Shown in pieces: positions 18,594 to 28,079 of a DNA stretch of 64,000 nucleotides. Each line of letters starts with the position of its first letter. Within the stretch, counting starts at the first letter, position 1. Below the pieces are notes generated by a model. That model had not been told where the DNA came from, searched no databases, and was given only the letters and a program-made list of their open reading frames with translations. Both the position numbers and the translations under genes were made by a program. This stretch comes from Zoogloea sp. (GTDB lineage: Bacteria; Pseudomonadota; Gammaproteobacteria; Burkholderiales; Rhodocyclaceae): the NCBI RefSeq assembly GCF_041916735.1, contig NZ_JAYRYY010000017.1; one strand, given 5' to 3'.

Positions 18594-20153
18594 ATGAAAC
18601 GCCTGTTCTCCACGCTCGCCCTGGCCGCGTTGGCCCTCGCCAGCCAGACCGCATTCTCCGCCGAGCCTTCGGCCCTCTACACCCAGCACTGCCTGTCCTG
18701 CCACGGTGCGAATCGCCTGGGGGCCATGGGCCCGGCCCTGCTGCCGGAAAGCCTGGAGCGCCTGAAACGCAAGGACGCCCTCGCCACCATCCGCGACGGA
18801 CGCCCGGCCACCCAGATGCCGGCCTTCGGGCAAACACTGACGGGTGCCGAGATCGAGGCCCTGGCCGAGTGGATCCACACCCCGGTCAGTCCGGCCCCGA
18901 CCTGGAGCGAGGCGGACATCCGCAATTCTCGGATAGAGCACTTCCCCGCGGGCAGCCTGCCCGATGCGCGCCAGGGTGCGGTGGCCAAGGCCGACCCGAT
19001 GAACATCTTCATCGTTGTGGAGGCGGGTGATCACCATGTCAGCGTGCTCGACGGCGACCGGATGGAGCGCATCCACCGCTTTCCGTCCCGCTACGCCCTG
19101 CATGGCGGCCCCAAGTTCAGCCCGGACGGGCGCTACGTGTACTTTGCCTCCCGGGACGGCTGGATCAGCAAGTTCGACATCTGGAACCTCCAGGTCGTCA
19201 CGGAAATCCGGGCCGGCGTCAACACCCGCAATGCCGCCGTGTCGGCCGACGGCCGCTACGTTGCCGTCGCCAACTACCTGCCGGGCACCCTGGCGATCTT
19301 CGATGCAGACCTCCACCTGCTTCGGGTGATCGATGGCGCCAACCTGAAGGGTGATCAGAAATCACGCATTTCCGCGGTGTACGACGCGGCGCCTCGGCGC
19401 AGCTTCGTTGCCGCGCTGAAGGACATTCCGGAACTGTGGGAGATCAGCTACGACCCCGCCGCCCAGGACATCGCCACCGGCTTTGTTCACGACTACAAAT
19501 ACAAGGAAGGGGCCTTCATTCCGGGTTTTCTGAACCCCCGCCGCAGCCCGCTGGAACACGTACTGGACGATTTCTTCTTCACCCAGGACTACAGCGAAGT
19601 GCTGGGCACCTCCCGGGAGGGGCGTGGCCAGGTGGTCAACCTGGATGTCCGGCGTAAGATCGCCGACCTTGACCTCACCGGCATGCCCCATCTGGGCTCG
19701 GGAATCTCGTGGCAGTACCAGGGGCGACCGGTCGCGGCCAGTACCCACCTGAAGGACGCCACCGTCAGCGTCCTTGATCTGAAGGACTGGAAGACGGTCG
19801 CCACCATCCCCACCCTCGGGCCAGGCTTCTTCCTGCGCAGCCACGAGAACAGCCCCTACGCCTGGGTCGATTCGATGATGAGCCCCACCGCCCGCGACAC
19901 CCTCCAGGTCATCGACAAACGCAGTCTGGAGGTGGTGGCGCGGATTCGCCCCGAGCCGGGCAAGACCTTCGCGCACGTGGAGTTCGACCGCCATGGCCGC
20001 TATGTGATCGCCAGCCTGATGGAGAAGGACGGCGCCCTGATCTTCCTCGACGCCGCCAGCTTCCGGGAAATCAAGCGCCTGCCGGCGAGCAAGCCCATCG
20101 GCAAGTACAACCTGTTCAACAAGATCCAGCGCTCGGAAGGCACCAGCCACTGA
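18594..20153 (+). CDS. nirN: Cytochrome c / heme d1-binding beta-propeller protein (dihydro-heme d1 dehydrogenase)
   Basis: Signal peptide, CLSCH, RLG.MGPALLPE.L.R, DP.N.F.VVE.GDHH, LHGGPKFSPDGR, GPGFFLRSHE, H.EF...G, KP.GKYN; follows nirJ. Confidence 0.88.
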   Translation: MKRLFSTLALAALALASQTAFSAEPSALYTQHCLSCHGANRLGAMGPALLPESLERLKRKDALATIRDGRPATQMPAFGQTLTGAEIEALAEWIHTPVSPAPTWSEADIRNSRIEHFPAGSLPDARQGAVAKADPMNIFIVVEAGDHHVSVLDGDRMERIHRFPSRYALHGGPKFSPDGRYVYFASRDGWISKFDIWNLQVVTEIRAGVNTRNAAVSADGRYVAVANYLPGTLAIFDADLHLLRVIDGANLKGDQKSRISAVYDAAPRRSFVAALKDIPELWEISYDPAAQDIATGFVHDYKYKEGAFIPGFLNPRRSPLEHVLDDFFFTQDYSEVLGTSREGRGQVVNLDVRRKIADLDLTGMPHLGSGISWQYQGRPVAASTHLKDATVSVLDLKDWKTVATIPTLGPGFFLRSHENSPYAWVDSMMSPTARDTLQVIDKRSLEVVARIRPEPGKTFAHVEFDRHGRYVIASLMEKDGALIFLDAASFREIKRLPASKPIGKYNLFNKIQRSEGTSH

Positions 20154-20154
20154 C

Positions 20155-20502
20155 TCAGCACCCGAGGGCGGCGCGCTTTTCCTGATACAGCCGGCGGCGG
20201 CTCGTGAGCTGCTCGATGGTTGCAGGAGACTGGGGTAGCTGCATGGCCGCATCGACCCCGCGGATCACCTCCAGCAATTCCTCGCACAGGGCGGCGCGGG
20301 TGGCCGGGTCGTGGGGTGCGACCACGTCCAGCCGTTCGGCGGCCAGCGCCGGTTGAGGTGGGGCAGGAGGCATGGATGGATGGCGTGGCGTATCGGTTTC
20401 CCGCTCTGAGGCCATGGGGGCGACCATCCGGTAGTGGTCCGACCAGTAGGCGATGGCAACGGCCAGCAGCAGGGCGGTGAGGAGGGCGGAGCCTTCCTTC
20501 AC
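20155..20502 (-). CDS. Hypothetical membrane-anchored protein with a C-terminal Cys pair
   Basis: N-terminal hydrophobic helix, Pro-rich linker, LCEEL...IRGVDAAM...LGC-stop. Confidence 0.55.
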   Translation of the reverse strand: MKEGSALLTALLLAVAIAYWSDHYRMVAPMASERETDTPRHPSMPPAPPQPALAAERLDVVAPHDPATRAALCEELLEVIRGVDAAMQLPQSPATIEQLTSRRRLYQEKRAALGC

Positions 20503-20588
20503 GATGTGATCTCGTTCAACATGGCGCGGAATGTAACATCAGGCCACCTGGGCGGGGCACTGCCCGGCATTGGGAATGCATCGACGGA

Positions 20589-20602
20589 TTGAGCAGGGTC
20601 AA
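20589..20602. promoter_or_regulatory. DNR/FNR-like palindrome upstream of the DUF2249 gene
   Basis: TTGA-GCAGGG-TCAA, a perfect TTGA-N6-TCAA about 75 nt before ATG 20671, between divergent genes. Confidence 0.62.
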
Positions 20603-20670
20603 GGCCGGCGATTGCCCCGAAGGCCACTCTCCGATGTCAGCACCATCTCCATAGCCGAGGATTGACCGAA

Positions 20671-20910
20671 ATGCAGCCAAGCCAAGCCCCCGTGATTGTC
20701 GACGCCCGCGGCCTGATGCCGCCCGAGCCCCTCAACCTGACCCTTGAGGCCCTGGATGTCCTGCCCCCCGACGGCGAAGTGATATTGCTGCTCTATCGGG
20801 AGCCTACGCCCCTCTACGATGTGCTGCGTCGTAACGGCTATGCCCATCGCACCGAAATCCGCGATGGCGGAGAGTTCGCCGTTCATATCCGCCACGCGGC
20901 CCGCGTCTAG
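20671..20910 (+). CDS. DUF2249 / TusA-like small protein
   Basis: VDARGL.PPEP....LEAL..L, REP.PLY..L...G. Confidence 0.8.
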   Translation: MQPSQAPVIVDARGLMPPEPLNLTLEALDVLPPDGEVILLLYREPTPLYDVLRRNGYAHRTEIRDGGEFAVHIRHAARV

Positions 20911-20923
20911 CCCGAGCGCGGGC

Positions 20924-21616
20924 TCAGTCGTGCTCGGCAAGTTTGGCTGCGTCGTGAATGATGATGTGCTTGCCCTGCACCGAAATGAGCCCCGCGTCGG
21001 ACAGTTCGTGGAAGATGCGCGACAAGGTCTCGGGCGTCAGGCTCAGGCGCGAGGCAATCACCTGTTTGCTGGTGGGGAGGTCCACCTTCCGCTCGCCCTG
21101 GGCGATGCATGGAGCGGTTTCGGCAAGCTGGAGCAGGTAGCCGATGACCCGTTGGGTGGACGAGCGCAGCGCGTAGGACTCCACGTCCCTCACCATCGAG
21201 TGCAGGCGGATCGACATTCCCGCCAGCAGCTTGCGGGCAAAGCGCGGGTCCTGCTCGATCTGCTCGAACACCGCGCTTGCGCCGATATGCAGCACCAGGG
21301 TGTCCGCCAGGGCTTCGCCCAGCACCGGGTAGGGCTGGTCGAGGAACATCACGGCCTCGCCGAAACTCTGCAACGGCCCGAGGATCTCCACCACTTTCTC
21401 GTTGCCCTGGGCCGAGGTGAAGGCCAGCTTGACCTGCCCCCAGACCACCAGGAAAAAGCCCTTGGGCTGGTCGCCCCGCTGAAACAGCCGGTCGCCCTTC
21501 TGCACGCGTCGTTCCCGGGTGGCCGCGGCCATGTGGGTCAGATCCTCCGGGGACAGGGCGCTGAAGAGCGGCATTCGGCTGAGAAGGCCGGGGATATCGA
21601 TTTTGTCGATGGTCAT
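20924..21616 (-). CDS. dnr: Crp/Fnr family regulator, DNR/NnrR type (no FNR Cys cluster)
   Basis: LF..G, GQVKL, G.EKVVEILGP..SFGEA.MF, C-terminal HTH ASRLSLTPETLSRI; adjacent to nnrS and nir genes. Confidence 0.85.
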   Translation of the reverse strand: MTIDKIDIPGLLSRMPLFSALSPEDLTHMAAATRERRVQKGDRLFQRGDQPKGFFLVVWGQVKLAFTSAQGNEKVVEILGPLQSFGEAVMFLDQPYPVLGEALADTLVLHIGASAVFEQIEQDPRFARKLLAGMSIRLHSMVRDVESYALRSSTQRVIGYLLQLAETAPCIAQGERKVDLPTSKQVIASRLSLTPETLSRIFHELSDAGLISVQGKHIIIHDAAKLAEHD

Positions 21617-21708
21617 GGCACTGGCTATTGATCCGGGCGACGTGCCCAGCGCGGATTCTAACCCCGTCCATCGCTTCCGACAGGTCCGTACTCCCTCTCT
21701 ACTCCTTT

Positions 21709-22965
21709 ATGAATAAGCCCATCCGTCTCCATACCCGCGTCGGCGAGCCGGCCGATCCGCCATCTGCCGGGCCTTCCGGTCCGCTCTTGTTCGCCGCTCC
21801 GCACAGGGCCATGTTCCTCGCCGGTGTCGTCCAGGCGGTACTGATCTTTCTGCCTTGGACTTGGGAGATGCTGGCCCGCGCTGGCGTTGTCGGCGGCGTG
21901 GTGTGGCCCTGGCCGCCGGGCTGGGTGCATGGGCTGTGGGCGCTCTACGGCGTATTTCCCTTCTTTGCGTTCGGTTTCCTGTTCACCGCCATGCCGCGCT
22001 GGCAGGGGCTGCCCGATACCCCCGGGCGCACGCTCCGGCCGGTGTGGTGGTTGATGTGTGCTGGCTGGTTAGTCTTTGACGGCGGCCTGCTGGCCGGTCA
22101 GGGCGGGCTATGCGCGATCGGTCTGGGGGTGGTGCTGGCCGGATGGGTGTGGGCCCTGCGCCGTCTCCACCCCATCGCCTTCAAGCCCGGCGCGCCAAGG
22201 CTGCACCCGGGCAGCGCCTGGGGCGCGCTGGCGGCGGGTGCGCTGGGGCTGCTGGCGTGGGTGGGCTACGCCCTTTCCGGAGAGCCCATCCTGGCCCGGG
22301 CAGGCATTGCCATCGGGGTGTGGTGGCTGCTGGCACCCCTCTTCATGGTGGTCAGCCACCGCATGATTCCGTTCTTTTCGGCATCGGCACTGCCGCGCTA
22401 CGAGGTGGTGCGCCCGGATGCCGCCCTTCGGGTGCTCATCGGGGCCAGCCTGATTCATGGTGCGCTGGCGGCCGCGGACCTGGCCGCCTGGGCGTGGCCG
22501 TCCGATCTCCTCGCCGCCGCGACCGCCCTGTGGCTGAGCGCCCGGTGGCAGCTCAGGCGCAGCCTTGCCGTTCCCTTGCTGGCCATGCTCCACCTGGGTT
22601 TCCTGTGGCTGGGCATTGCCTGGCTGCTGAGCGGCGTGCACGGGCTTGTTCCGGCCAGCGGCCTTGGCCTGGCGCCCCTTCACGCGCTGACGGTGGGTTA
22701 TTTCGGATCAATGACCCTGGCGATGGTGTCGCGGGTGAGCCTGGGTCACGCCGGCCAAGCCCTGGTGGCCGACGCCCTGATTTGGCGGCTGGCCCTTGGC
22801 CTGCATGCCGTCGTCCTCCTGCGGGTTCTCGCCGATTGGGTGCCGGGTGGCCAGACCGGGTTGCTGGTGGCGAGCAGCCTCGGCTGGCTGGCGATCTTCG
22901 TGCCATGGGCGATACGTCTGATCCCGCTTTATCTGCGCCGCCGCGCCGACGGCCGCCCAGGTTGA
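21709..22965 (+). CDS. nnrS: NnrS family NO-response membrane protein
   Basis: APHR.MF..G, H.....G..PFF.FGFLFTA.PRW, LLAMLHLGF.WL, LHA.TVG..G.M.LAM.SRVSLGH.G, R.DG.PG end. Confidence 0.9.
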   Translation: MNKPIRLHTRVGEPADPPSAGPSGPLLFAAPHRAMFLAGVVQAVLIFLPWTWEMLARAGVVGGVVWPWPPGWVHGLWALYGVFPFFAFGFLFTAMPRWQGLPDTPGRTLRPVWWLMCAGWLVFDGGLLAGQGGLCAIGLGVVLAGWVWALRRLHPIAFKPGAPRLHPGSAWGALAAGALGLLAWVGYALSGEPILARAGIAIGVWWLLAPLFMVVSHRMIPFFSASALPRYEVVRPDAALRVLIGASLIHGALAAADLAAWAWPSDLLAAATALWLSARWQLRRSLAVPLLAMLHLGFLWLGIAWLLSGVHGLVPASGLGLAPLHALTVGYFGSMTLAMVSRVSLGHAGQALVADALIWRLALGLHAVVLLRVLADWVPGGQTGLLVASSLGWLAIFVPWAIRLIPLYLRRRADGRPG

Positions 22966-23097
22966 ATCCATGAACTATGACCGCATTGCGTTCAATTTGT
23001 GGACGCCGCCGTCATGAAAGCGGGACTTCCTACCTTAGCCGGAAGGCGTTGAGCGGGCATCATCGGCCGCAAACTGCCTCACCCGGATCAGCTCAGG

Positions 23098-26000
23098 ATG
23101 AAAAACAAGCCCACACCGACGGCCGACTGCCGCCCCGCAGAGAGCCACCTGTCACCCGAATGCACCCTGTTCGACGCGCTGTCCTGCCTGATAACCCGTG
23201 GCCTTGGCGCCATTCCGGTAGGCGAGCCGGGCGAACAGCAGAAGATTCTGGATGCAAGCACGCTGGTCAAGGCCTGGCAGGCCGGTCTTCCTGGCGAAAC
23301 CCCGCTTTCGGCGCTGACGCTCGAACCCGCCGACGCTGCGCGTCCGGAGGTGCCGGGCGCCGAAACCCTGATCAACGGCCTGCCGCTGTTGCTGTGGCTG
23401 AAGGATCGCCAGGGGCGCTTTCTGCTCGTCAATCAGAGTTTTGCCGAGTCGTGCGGGCAGGCATCGCCCCAGGCGGTGCTGGGAAAGACCGACCTGGATC
23501 TGTGGCCGCGGGAGAAAGCCGAGCTGTATCGCACCCAGGACGCCGAAGTGATGGACAGCGGGCGCCCCCGCACCCTGATCGAAGAGATCAACGACAAGGG
23601 CACGCCCACCTGGTTCGAAACCTACAAGGCCCCCGTGCGCAGCCGTGACGGCCGCATCCTCGGTACGCTCGGGTTCGCCTGTGACATCAGTGAACGCATG
23701 CGCCAGGAGGCCGCCTCCCGCCACGATCAGGCCCAGCTTGCCTATGTGCTGGCCACCATCGGCGAAGGGGTGTGGGATCGGGATCTGCTCACCGACCGGG
23801 TGACCCACAATCCGCGCTGGTGTGAGCTGCTCGGGCTCGACGAAAGCTATCTGGCACATCCGTCGGCGGACTTGTTGGCGCTGGTGCATCCGGACGACCG
23901 GTCGCGGGTCTCCAGGGTCATCGACACCTGCCTCTGCGGGGGCGGGGCGTATTGCTGCGAATATCGCATCCGCCATGCCAACGGGCACTACCTGTGGGTG
24001 CGTGACCGGGGCGACGTGGTCGAGCTGGACGAGCACGGCCAGCCTCTGCGCATGGTTGGCAGCATCGCCGACATCACCCACGCCCGCGAGACCGCCGAGG
24101 CCTTGCAGGAAAGCCAGACCCGCTACCAGCAGGTGTTCAATAACGTCCGTGAGGTGATCTTCCAGACCGATATCTTTGGCAACTGGGAGCTTCTGAATCC
24201 CGCCTGGACGGACATCAGCGGCTTCACGGTCGACGAATCCCTGGGACGTAATTTCGGCGACTTCCTGCATCCGGACGACCGTGCCCACAAGTACAGCGCC
24301 TTCAAGCCGATCATTGCCCGCACCCTGCCCCATTGCAGCGCCACCCTGCGCCTGCAATGCCGGGATGGCAGCTACCGCTGGATGGACATCTTCATCCGTG
24401 CGCAGCTCAATGAGGCCGGTGAGATCATCGGAACCTCCGGCACCCTCAACGACGTCACCGCCCGGGTTGCCGCCGAAGACTATCTGCGCCTCACCGCCAG
24501 CGTCTTCCGCCATGCCCACGAGAGCATCATCATCACCGACCCGAGCGCCTGCATCCTGGAGGTGAACGACAGCTTCTGCGCCCTGACTGGTTATACCCGC
24601 GACGAAGTCATCGGTCAGAACACGCGCATCCTGCGTTCGGGAATGCACGAGCCGGCTTTCTACGAACATATCTGGGCCGAACTGCTTGAAACGGGGACCT
24701 GGCAGGGCGAAACCTGGAACCGCAAGAAGAACGGCGAACTCTACGCCCAGCTTGGCAATATCTCGGCCGTGCGCAACGAAGCCGGTCAGACCACGCACTA
24801 CGTCGGCCTTTTCACCGACATCACCGACATCAAGGAGAGCCAGCGCCATCTCGAGCACCTGGCCTACCACGACGCCCTGACCCAGCTTCCCAACCGCAGC
24901 CTGCTCGCCGACCGTATGCAGATGGCGCTGGCCCAGGCCGAGCGCAACCATACCCTGGCGGCCGTGGCCTACCTGGACCTGGACGGCTTCAAACCGGTCA
25001 ATGACAACCTCGGCCACGACGCGGGCGACCTGCTGCTGGTTGAGATCGCCCGCCGCCTTCAGGCATCGACTCGGGCTGGCGACACGGTAGCCCGCCTGGG
25101 GGGCGACGAATTCGCACTGATCTACAACGGTCTCGAGCACAGCGACGAATGTGAGCAGGTCTTTGCCCGTCTGCTTGCCAGCATCGCCGAGCCGGTCACC
25201 ATCGAGGGCATGGAGCTGCGTGTCACCGCCAGCATTGGCGTGACCCTGTGCCCCCTGGACGGCTCCGATCCGGAGACCCTGCTAAGCCATGCCGACCGGG
25301 CCATGTATTTGGCCAAGCAGGCCGGCCGCAACTGCTTTCACCTCTTCAACCCGGAGCGTGACCGCGCCCTGCGGGCCCATCGCGATGCCCAGATCCGCGT
25401 TGAAACCGCCCTATGCGACGGCGAACTGGAGCTGCATTACCAGCCCAAGATGGATGCCCGCTCCAACCACCTTACCGGCGTCGAAGCCCTGATCCGCTGG
25501 AAACACCCGCAACTCGGGCTGCGTCTGCCCGGCGAGTTTCTGCCCATGGTCAGCGAATCGCGTTTCGAAGTGGAATTGGGTAACTGGGTCTTGGCCACCG
25601 CCGTCGCCCAGTTGGACAGCTGGTGCCAGGCGGGCTTCTCCACCCCGATGAGCGTCAATATCTCCGCGCGCCACCTGCTCCATCCGGATTTCGTCGCCGA
25701 ACTCAAGAGCGTCCTCAAAGCCCACCCCGGCGTGGACGCCGGACTGCTCCAGTTCGAAGTGCTCGAAACCGCTGCGCTCGGCGACGTCAAGCGCATCGCC
25801 GCGATCATGGCCGAATGCAACAGTCTGGGTGTGAGTTTCGCCATTGATGACTTCGGTATCGGCTTTGGCGCAGTGAACAGCCTGCGCAGCCTGCCCGTGC
25901 GAAGCATCAAGATCGATCGCTCCTTCATTCACAACATGCTCAACGATGACGACGATCTGGCCACCGTGCAGAGCGTCATTGGCCTGGCCACCGCCTTTCA

Positions 26001-26154
26001 TCGGGAAGTCATCGCCGAAGGCGTCGAAACCTCCAGCCATTGCCAGGCGCTGCTCAAGCTCGGCTGTCATCAGGTCCAGGGCCACGGCATCGCCTATCCG
26101 ATGACGGCCGCCCGCATGCAGGCGTGGATGCAGGAGCACGCCCGCCGGCACTGA
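23098..26154 (+). CDS. Multi-PAS diguanylate cyclase/phosphodiesterase (PAS x4-GGDEF-EAL)
   Basis: Four PAS/PAC repeats, AYHDALT.LPNR, RAGD I-site + RLGGDEF, EALIRW, DDFG. Confidence 0.93.
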   Translation: MKNKPTPTADCRPAESHLSPECTLFDALSCLITRGLGAIPVGEPGEQQKILDASTLVKAWQAGLPGETPLSALTLEPADAARPEVPGAETLINGLPLLLWLKDRQGRFLLVNQSFAESCGQASPQAVLGKTDLDLWPREKAELYRTQDAEVMDSGRPRTLIEEINDKGTPTWFETYKAPVRSRDGRILGTLGFACDISERMRQEAASRHDQAQLAYVLATIGEGVWDRDLLTDRVTHNPRWCELLGLDESYLAHPSADLLALVHPDDRSRVSRVIDTCLCGGGAYCCEYRIRHANGHYLWVRDRGDVVELDEHGQPLRMVGSIADITHARETAEALQESQTRYQQVFNNVREVIFQTDIFGNWELLNPAWTDISGFTVDESLGRNFGDFLHPDDRAHKYSAFKPIIARTLPHCSATLRLQCRDGSYRWMDIFIRAQLNEAGEIIGTSGTLNDVTARVAAEDYLRLTASVFRHAHESIIITDPSACILEVNDSFCALTGYTRDEVIGQNTRILRSGMHEPAFYEHIWAELLETGTWQGETWNRKKNGELYAQLGNISAVRNEAGQTTHYVGLFTDITDIKESQRHLEHLAYHDALTQLPNRSLLADRMQMALAQAERNHTLAAVAYLDLDGFKPVNDNLGHDAGDLLLVEIARRLQASTRAGDTVARLGGDEFALIYNGLEHSDECEQVFARLLASIAEPVTIEGMELRVTASIGVTLCPLDGSDPETLLSHADRAMYLAKQAGRNCFHLFNPERDRALRAHRDAQIRVETALCDGELELHYQPKMDARSNHLTGVEALIRWKHPQLGLRLPGEFLPMVSESRFEVELGNWVLATAVAQLDSWCQAGFSTPMSVNISARHLLHPDFVAELKSVLKAHPGVDAGLLQFEVLETAALGDVKRIAAIMAECNSLGVSFAIDDFGIGFGAVNSLRSLPVRSIKIDRSFIHNMLNDDDDLATVQSVIGLATAFHREVIAEGVETSSHCQALLKLGCHQVQGHGIAYPMTAARMQAWMQEHARRH

Positions 26155-26304
26155 AACCGGTTTCCCGGTGCGCCCATCCTTCGCGCACCGGGTCGCCCAT
26201 GCCCGTGACCCCGCGCGATGCGCCGCGGGCGCCATTTCGTGCGACCATTCGCGGCGCGGCCGATTTCCCCTGGCCGGCTTCCCGCAACAACCGCATACCC
26301 AACC

Positions 26305-27069
26305 ATGGAATTCCTGACCGACCCGCAATTGCTGATCGCATTTCTGACCCTCACCGCCCTCGAGCTGGTGCTGGGGATCGACAACGTGATCTTCATTTCC
26401 ATCCTGGTGGACAAGCTCCCCCCCGAAAAGCGCGCCTTCGCCCGCCGCCTCGGCCTCTTCCTGGCCATGTTCATGCGCATTGGCCTGCTGATGATCCTGT
26501 CCTGGCTGGCCGGCCTCACCGAGCCCATGGTCACGGTACTCGGCCGCGGCTTCTCCGGGCGCGACCTGATCCTGCTGGCCGGCGGTCTCTTCCTCGTCTG
26601 GAAGAGCACCCAGGAAGTCCATCAGCTGATGGAAGGCGAGGAAGGCGAAGCCTCCAGCGCGGTCAAGGCCACCTTCAGCGCGGTGATCCTCCAGATCATT
26701 CTCATCGACATCGTCTTCTCGCTGGATTCGATCATCACCGCCATCGGCATGGTCAATAACCTTCAGGTGATGATCGCCGCGGTAGTTGCCTCGGTGGGCC
26801 TGATGATGGTGGCCTCGGCGCCCATCGGCGAGTTCGTCTCCCGCCACCCCACCGTCAAGATGCTGGCCCTGTCCTTCCTGCTGGTCATCGGCGTGGTCCT
26901 CATCGCCGACGCCTTCGGACACCATGTGCCCAAGGGCTACATCTACTCGGCGATGGCCTTCTCGGTCATGGTGGAAATGCTCAACCTGCGCATGCGCAGC
27001 CGGCAGGCTGCCAAGGTCGAGCCGGTGCAACTCCACGAACCCTATGTGCGTGAAGGCAACAAGCAGTGA
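26305..27069 (+). CDS. TerC family integral membrane protein
   Basis: LELVLGIDNVIFISIL, GRDLILL.GGLFL.WK, DIVFSLDSIITAIG, HP.VKMLAL.FL, KGYIY.AM.FS. Confidence 0.92.
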   Translation: MEFLTDPQLLIAFLTLTALELVLGIDNVIFISILVDKLPPEKRAFARRLGLFLAMFMRIGLLMILSWLAGLTEPMVTVLGRGFSGRDLILLAGGLFLVWKSTQEVHQLMEGEEGEASSAVKATFSAVILQIILIDIVFSLDSIITAIGMVNNLQVMIAAVVASVGLMMVASAPIGEFVSRHPTVKMLALSFLLVIGVVLIADAFGHHVPKGYIYSAMAFSVMVEMLNLRMRSRQAAKVEPVQLHEPYVREGNKQ

Positions 27070-28049
27070 CGGCGCCCTTCGGGCCGCTCACTCCTGATTT
27101 CATCCTCGGCGCGGTGGAGGCCTCCGGCCTCCGCTGCGATGGCCGCCTGCTGACCCTCAACAGCTATGAAAACCGGGTCTATCAGGTCGGCATCGAGGAC
27201 GCCGTCGCCCCCTTGATCGCCAAGTTCTACCGCCCGGGGCGGTGGAGCGACGCAGCGATTCTCGAGGAACACGCCTTCCTGGCCGAGCTGGCCGAAGCTG
27301 AGATCCCGGCCGTGGCGGCCCTTGAGATCGGCGGGCACACCCTGCACCACCACGAGGGCTTCCGCATTGCCCTCTTTCCCCGGCGGGGCGGGCGGGCGCC
27401 CGAACTGGACGATCCTGAAGTGCTGGGCTGGCTCGGGCGCTTTCTTGGCCGCATCCACGCCGTGGGCGGCACCCGGCCCTTCATCCACCGCCCCACGCTG
27501 GATATCCGCAGCTTCGGGGAAGCCCCGCGGGATACCTTGCTGGCCTCTCCCTTCCTGCCGTCCGAACTGCGCGACACCTGGTTGTCGGTGGTGGAGCAGG
27601 CCCTCGACGGGGTGCGCCGCTGTTTCGAGCACGCCGGCCCCCTGCCACAGATCCGTCTGCATGGCGACGTGCACGGGGGGAACGTGCTGTGGACCGACGC
27701 CGGCCCCCATTTCGTGGATTTCGACGATGCCCGCAACGGCCCTGCCGTTCAGGATCTTTGGATGCTCCTCTCCGGTGATGCCCAGGCCATGGCCCGGCAG
27801 CTCGACAGCGTGCTGGAAGGCTATGAGCAGTTCGCCAGCTTCGATCCACGCAGCCTTCATCTGGTCGAAGCCCTGCGTACCCTGCGCCTGATCCACTACG
27901 CCGGATGGATCGCCACCCGCTGGGACGATCCGGCCTTTCCGGCCGCCTTCAGCTGGTTCGATTCGCCGCGCTACTGGCAGGACATGATCCTGTCGCTGCG
28001 TGAACAGGTGGCCTTGATGGATGAATCGGCGCTGACGCGGCTGTTCTGA
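27066..28049 (+). CDS. srkA: Stress response Ser/Thr kinase SrkA (YihE/RdoA)
   Basis: LNSYENRVY, AKFYRP.RWS...ILEEH.F, RLHGD.H.GN, DFDD...GPAVQDLWMLL, LRTLRLIHY.GW.A.RW.DPAFP. Confidence 0.93.
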   Translation: MTAPFGPLTPDFILGAVEASGLRCDGRLLTLNSYENRVYQVGIEDAVAPLIAKFYRPGRWSDAAILEEHAFLAELAEAEIPAVAALEIGGHTLHHHEGFRIALFPRRGGRAPELDDPEVLGWLGRFLGRIHAVGGTRPFIHRPTLDIRSFGEAPRDTLLASPFLPSELRDTWLSVVEQALDGVRRCFEHAGPLPQIRLHGDVHGGNVLWTDAGPHFVDFDDARNGPAVQDLWMLLSGDAQAMARQLDSVLEGYEQFASFDPRSLHLVEALRTLRLIHYAGWIATRWDDPAFPAAFSWFDSPRYWQDMILSLREQVALMDESALTRLF

Positions 28050-28079
28050 CACGAGGCCGGCCGCCCCGGCGGCGAACGC

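Noticed and set aside
21628-21641. Possible DNR box between dnr and nnrS
   Set aside because: Only the TTGAT half-site is present; the second half (GCGAC) does not match.
22966-23097. Possible c-di-GMP riboswitch upstream of the GGDEF-EAL gene
   Set aside because: GAAAG/GGGAC fragments are present but the GEMM P1/P2 motifs (GCAAAC...GCAAAGC) are not in the required arrangement.
26155-26304. Expected yybP-ykoY Mn riboswitch upstream of terC
   Set aside because: No GGGGAGUAG or CGUCAAUA-type conserved elements; only GC-rich hairpins.
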